Part shown: piece after piece, positions 60,201-64,000 of the stretch
Layout: each line of letters opens with the position of its first letter
Numbering within the stretch: position 1 is the stretch's first letter
Origin: Klebsormidium nitens
Lineage: Eukaryota > Plantae > Klebsormidiophyceae
Length of the DNA: 64,000 bases
Direction of reading: 5' to 3'
NCBI GenBank assembly: GCA_000708835.1
Contig: DF237120.1
Coordinates: 62,001 to 126,000 of the forward strand
The notes under the pieces: generated by a model
The model's database searches: none
What the model was told of the DNA's origin: nothing
Seen by the model: the letters and a program-made list of their open reading frames with translations, nothing else
Translations under genes and position numbers: made by a program

Positions 60201-63012
60201 CCTCGGGTGTCTCCTAAGCCGCTTGTTCGCGCTTGTGGCTAATCTTGAGTCAGCTGGTACGATCAAGGCCGTTTCCGTTCAAATGTCGAGCTTTCGTTAT
60301 TCCATGGAGCGCGAATGGCCGTCCGGGATATTGAACGCGCAGATGTACTTACTGATGCTTTAACATCGTCGGAAGCTACGATTTGTAGGACACCTGAGCT
60401 TGGAGTGCCTCTTCCGAATGAAGCTTGCTAAACGGTTACATTGCGAAACGGTCTGCATTGCGGAAAAAGGGCCCGCCTTCGGCAAGGGGCGCGTGCTTTG
60501 TATCTCGATCTGGGCGTTTTGATGACCTTTGGATCTACTCACTCGTGTTGGAGGGCGTCCGGTTGCCGCGCTCACGCGCGCGCGCTTTCAAGACTTGCTT
60601 GGTGCCCATTTTTCGGCGATGTGCCTTAGCAGGTTAGTAGGGATTCATCCGTAAAATCAATCTGGATCATTGATGCCAAGGGCTGTATGGTTGACCTTGT
60701 AATGAGTAGGGCTTACGGTTGGTAAGTAGACTGAGGGAGGGTGATTCCAAGTTGTCAGTTGTAATGTAATTTTGAATAGATCTCCCTCAACATTTTCTGG
60801 AAGTCGTTCTGTGCTGCTGAGTAGCCCACAAGCCGGACCTACATTAAGCAGGGTTCTTGGCATGCCAACATTGTCATCCTGCCCTTGATGGCAAGAAACG
60901 GCATGAATCTGTCACCCGAAATACCTTTTTTTGAATTTTTTGAAGATTCCGCCGTTGCTTTGTACTGCTGGCAATGACTGTAAGTGAAGAGGCTGAGTAA
61001 AGAAGCGGTTCTTGGACCTCGCATTCACGCTCGGATGCCACTTGAAAACAAGGGGCACTTGTGGCTGTACGATGCTGACTTCGGAGCCTAGTATCAACAA
61101 TTCTCATGCTGACTAGGAATGCTTGCCTTTCCGTCCTGCTCCTGCTCATAGCGTCCAAAGCCAGGTAGCCGGCTCCAAATTGAAGCATCTTGGATGTTTA
61201 GCCTGGATTGCATCACGATGCGAAGCCTTTGAGAATGCTTCGTGATCCTCAGGGCGGTCTTTTGGGAACGACGCTCAAATTTAGTATCGCTCTCAAGGGC
61301 GTCTCGGAAGCACCAAGCCCCTTGATTTGGGCTCTCTCCAAAGAGAGAGCAAATGTTGTTTGTCTCTATTGAGGCCGCAATCCGAGTCAATGTTGCAGGA
61401 CTCGCTAAGCGGTACCTTTCTGGCCGGCCGTGATATTCAAGTTCTGAGCAGCTTTGGTCTGCTCACAATTAGTCCATTGCAATTTGAAGCCACGCGCCTC
61501 AACACTGCACAAATGCTGTACAGTTTCCAGCATCATCCGTTACTTCGCTTTAAAATTAAATTGTAGACTCAGGCCAGCCCTGATCGCCAGCATAAGATCG
61601 AAGGTAGGCGATACAGCGTTGCTCAGAATGGGTCCTATATCGGCAGAATGTTTAAGACACCCTACGAATGCAATTCGACTTGAGATAGAAGGTTAGCGGT
61701 TCAAGCCGAAGTGTATACTTGGAGTCAACAGTTTGGTTATTGCACCGGGTCTTGGGCGGCCGATACGTGTGCTGTTTCTGAGAAGATCGTGCGTGCTCAT
61801 TGGCCAGGTGTCTGACGCCGCATCACGGCATACTTGTGTTTCATGCATATCCATCTCGTCTCTTGTCTTCCTGTTTATCTTGCACAATCTAAGCCCTCAT
61901 CGTCAAGATCGCGTTTTCCCTTTCGGTCTCTCCGTTCTAGTCAACGATTCTGCATCTCCGAGTCGTACGGCAAGGCACATCGGCTCTCTTTTGTGGTATT
62001 CGTTTGTTCGATCAAGCCGTGAAGAAGTTTGTTGCAACTGGTCACAGCTGGCCGTGACGATTGATGGTTTGTTGTTTGCTCAGGATCGTTTTGAAATTCG
62101 AAGCGTCCGATGCCGAAGTTTTACAATCTCAATAGATGGGTCTTCTCTTTCATCTTTCCAGCGCCGTGTCGACTGGCTCTGAGATGGGAGTTCTCCCGGT
62201 CTTGTCGTTAACGCAACTCCTGGTTCACAGTCCCCAATCGGTAGAGCCCTGCCCCTAGATCTTCCACACATTGCTGGAATTTGTGAGCTTAACTTTCTTA
62301 GATTTTCATTCTTGAGGCTCGTCTTGTGTTGTTTCTGCAAATCTACCGCAGTGAAATTGAGGCCTGGGCATCTTAGCGTAACTCTGAGAAGTCTGCAAAA
62401 TACGTCTTCAAGAGCACCTTTACAAGCACTCTCGCGATGGGTTGCTCTTGAAGCTTCCATGGACAACGTGCGACCTTGTCGCCCGTGAAACTTCTGCTGT
62501 CCAAAAACTTACCATAGTCGCTTTCTTGATAGAGACTTTGGCCGCCAAAGCAACCCGGTATATGGCCGTGCTTCATTCTCTATTCAAGTAAACAATTGCT
62601 AGGCAAAGCCCGTTCAGTTCCGTTACAGCAGGACAATGTTGATAGCAGGGTGGAAATTGATGTTCGAAAAATGGCGGCTTTGTGGCCATGATGGTGTTTG
62701 GACTCGAGCATATTGCGGCTCGATCATCCACCTTAGACTTTGAAGCCCCGCCTTTTTGTGGATGGTGCTATTGTAGCCATTCTGCTCGGATCTGTAGACC
62801 TAGGTTTTGGAGGCGAGCAGGCTGTGACGTTCAAACTAAAGAACGGTGAGATTGTACGTGCCCACGACAAAGATTCCCCTCGACGCGGCTAGCGTGTGGC
62901 ATTTGCGGTAAAAACGGGCGGCTTGACCTAGGCGTCACGGTGTGCTGGAGACCTGAAATTAGTTTTGTTTGGTCGCATACATCCTTGATAGGTGGTTTCG
63001 TATGTCGTCCTA

Positions 63013-63272
63013 CAGCTGTTTGCGTCAAAGCGGCCATCTCGGCGTCGATCGAAAGTCGTCGGTCCCTGATCCTGGAGTCGCGAGTCCGGTTCCTGATCGT
63101 GAAAGCCTGTGGCAATGTTGACGTCAGCTTTCAAATTCCACCGGAAAGTATGATGTAAAGATGACGTCACAGAGCAGCAGGCACCGGATCAGGAACCGGA
63201 CTCGCGAGTTCAAGATCGGGGACCGACGAATTTCGATCGACGCCGAGATGGCAAGTTTGACGCAAACAGCTG
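63013..63272. mobile_element. 260-bp MITE, Tc1/mariner (Stowaway)-type, with TA target-site duplication
   Basis: TA (63011-63012)|cagctgtttgcgtcaaa ... tttgacgcaaacagctg|TA (63273-63274). The terminal inverted repeats run ~86 bp with only a handful of mismatches, and there is no coding capacity. Confidence 0.85.
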
Positions 63273-64000
63273 TATTCCTTGACATTCTCAGGCTGTCGAA
63301 CGGGCTATTTGATTGCGGATGGCGGATTGCGGACTTCTGATTCTGCTTCTGCTTTGCTCGTGCCGCAAGTCAAGATATCAGCGACTTTTCGGATGTCGCT
63401 GGATATCTCAACTTGCGGCAATGGTGGGCTGTACCACGGGCAGTTTCTCAAGCGCTCAAGCTTAGTCAGATTTCGGACGCCGCGGTTCTCTGGACGGGCC
63501 TTTATGCGGCTCAAAAAAGCGAGCTTTAAAAATCGTTGCATATACCACCAGGCAGCTTGGTTGATGAGACAAAGTCAGGAACATTTATTCTATGCAAGCT
63601 TCCTTGCTTTGATGGGCCTTCTTGCAATCGGAGGCATGGTGCGGCTTGGGTCCACTGCAATTGTATTTGTTTGTCGACTGCTTTTGAGCATCAGAGTCAG
63701 AACCGCGTCTCGCAAGGGAATCATATATGAAATTGTTGTCTTAGACATATGCTTGCGAGCTAGGTTTGAGAAGACACTTTCACTCGTTTTGTGCTTTGAA
63801 GTCTACAGTGAGAGAATTTTGGAGTCTACAATTAGAGATCAAGACATGCTGAATTTGTCGCAGACCTTCACGTGCATAACGTGCCAGGGCAATCGACATC
63901 AGGGCCGGCCCGGCGATACTCGTACTCGTTGATCGCCCTTTTCCTCGTATCACCATCCGATGATTGACTCCAGCCGAGAGTAGGTTGTAATTGCATCTCG

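Noticed and set aside
58861-60669. 15-bp inverted match tgatccagattgatt as TIRs of a 1.8-kb element
   Set aside because: A few 15-mer matches are expected by chance in 64 kb, and there is no TSD or extension of the match.
62831-63170. Short ORFs on both strands
   Set aside because: They overlap the MITE inverted repeat and are by-products of it.
63279-63932. 217-aa plus-strand ORF
   Set aside because: It starts at TTG, has no motif and lacks the codon bias seen in the real exons.
1-64000. rRNA, tRNA, transposase or reverse-transcriptase genes
   Set aside because: I recognised no such sequence or catalytic motif on either strand. Highly decayed copies cannot be excluded without profile searches.

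Overview
Eukaryotic nuclear DNA with GT-AG spliceosomal introns and GC3-rich exons. The gene content suggests a green alga or early streptophyte alga, which is inference only. Positions 1-5.3 kb are degenerate repeats. Positions 5.9-34.1 kb hold six spliced genes that I reconstructed by hand, checking exon phases: a phospholipid scramblase (+), an orphan multi-pass membrane protein (-), a CRAL-TRIO/Sec14 protein with a 1.5 kb acidic exon (+), a SnoaL/NTF2-like gene with a 1-nt frameshift (+), a Crinkler-like header + PD-(D/E)xK nuclease + kinase gene (-), and the first three exons of an isocitrate lyase/PEP-mutase family gene (+) whose remaining exons I could not find. Positions 34-64 kb are decayed sequence with no confident gene. 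They contain a hierarchical duplication (about 40-54 kb) with 14 copies of a ~75-nt conserved motif at a ~330 bp period, and a TA-flanked MITE at 63.0-63.3 kb. Two signals stand out. First, the long introns of three genes are partly built from ~107-216 bp (often ~140 bp) tandem duplicates of the neighbouring splice junction ('shadow exons'). Second, the 14-copy motif has a box C/D-like frame around a variable 11-23 nt segment. All alignments were done by eye and no database search was run.
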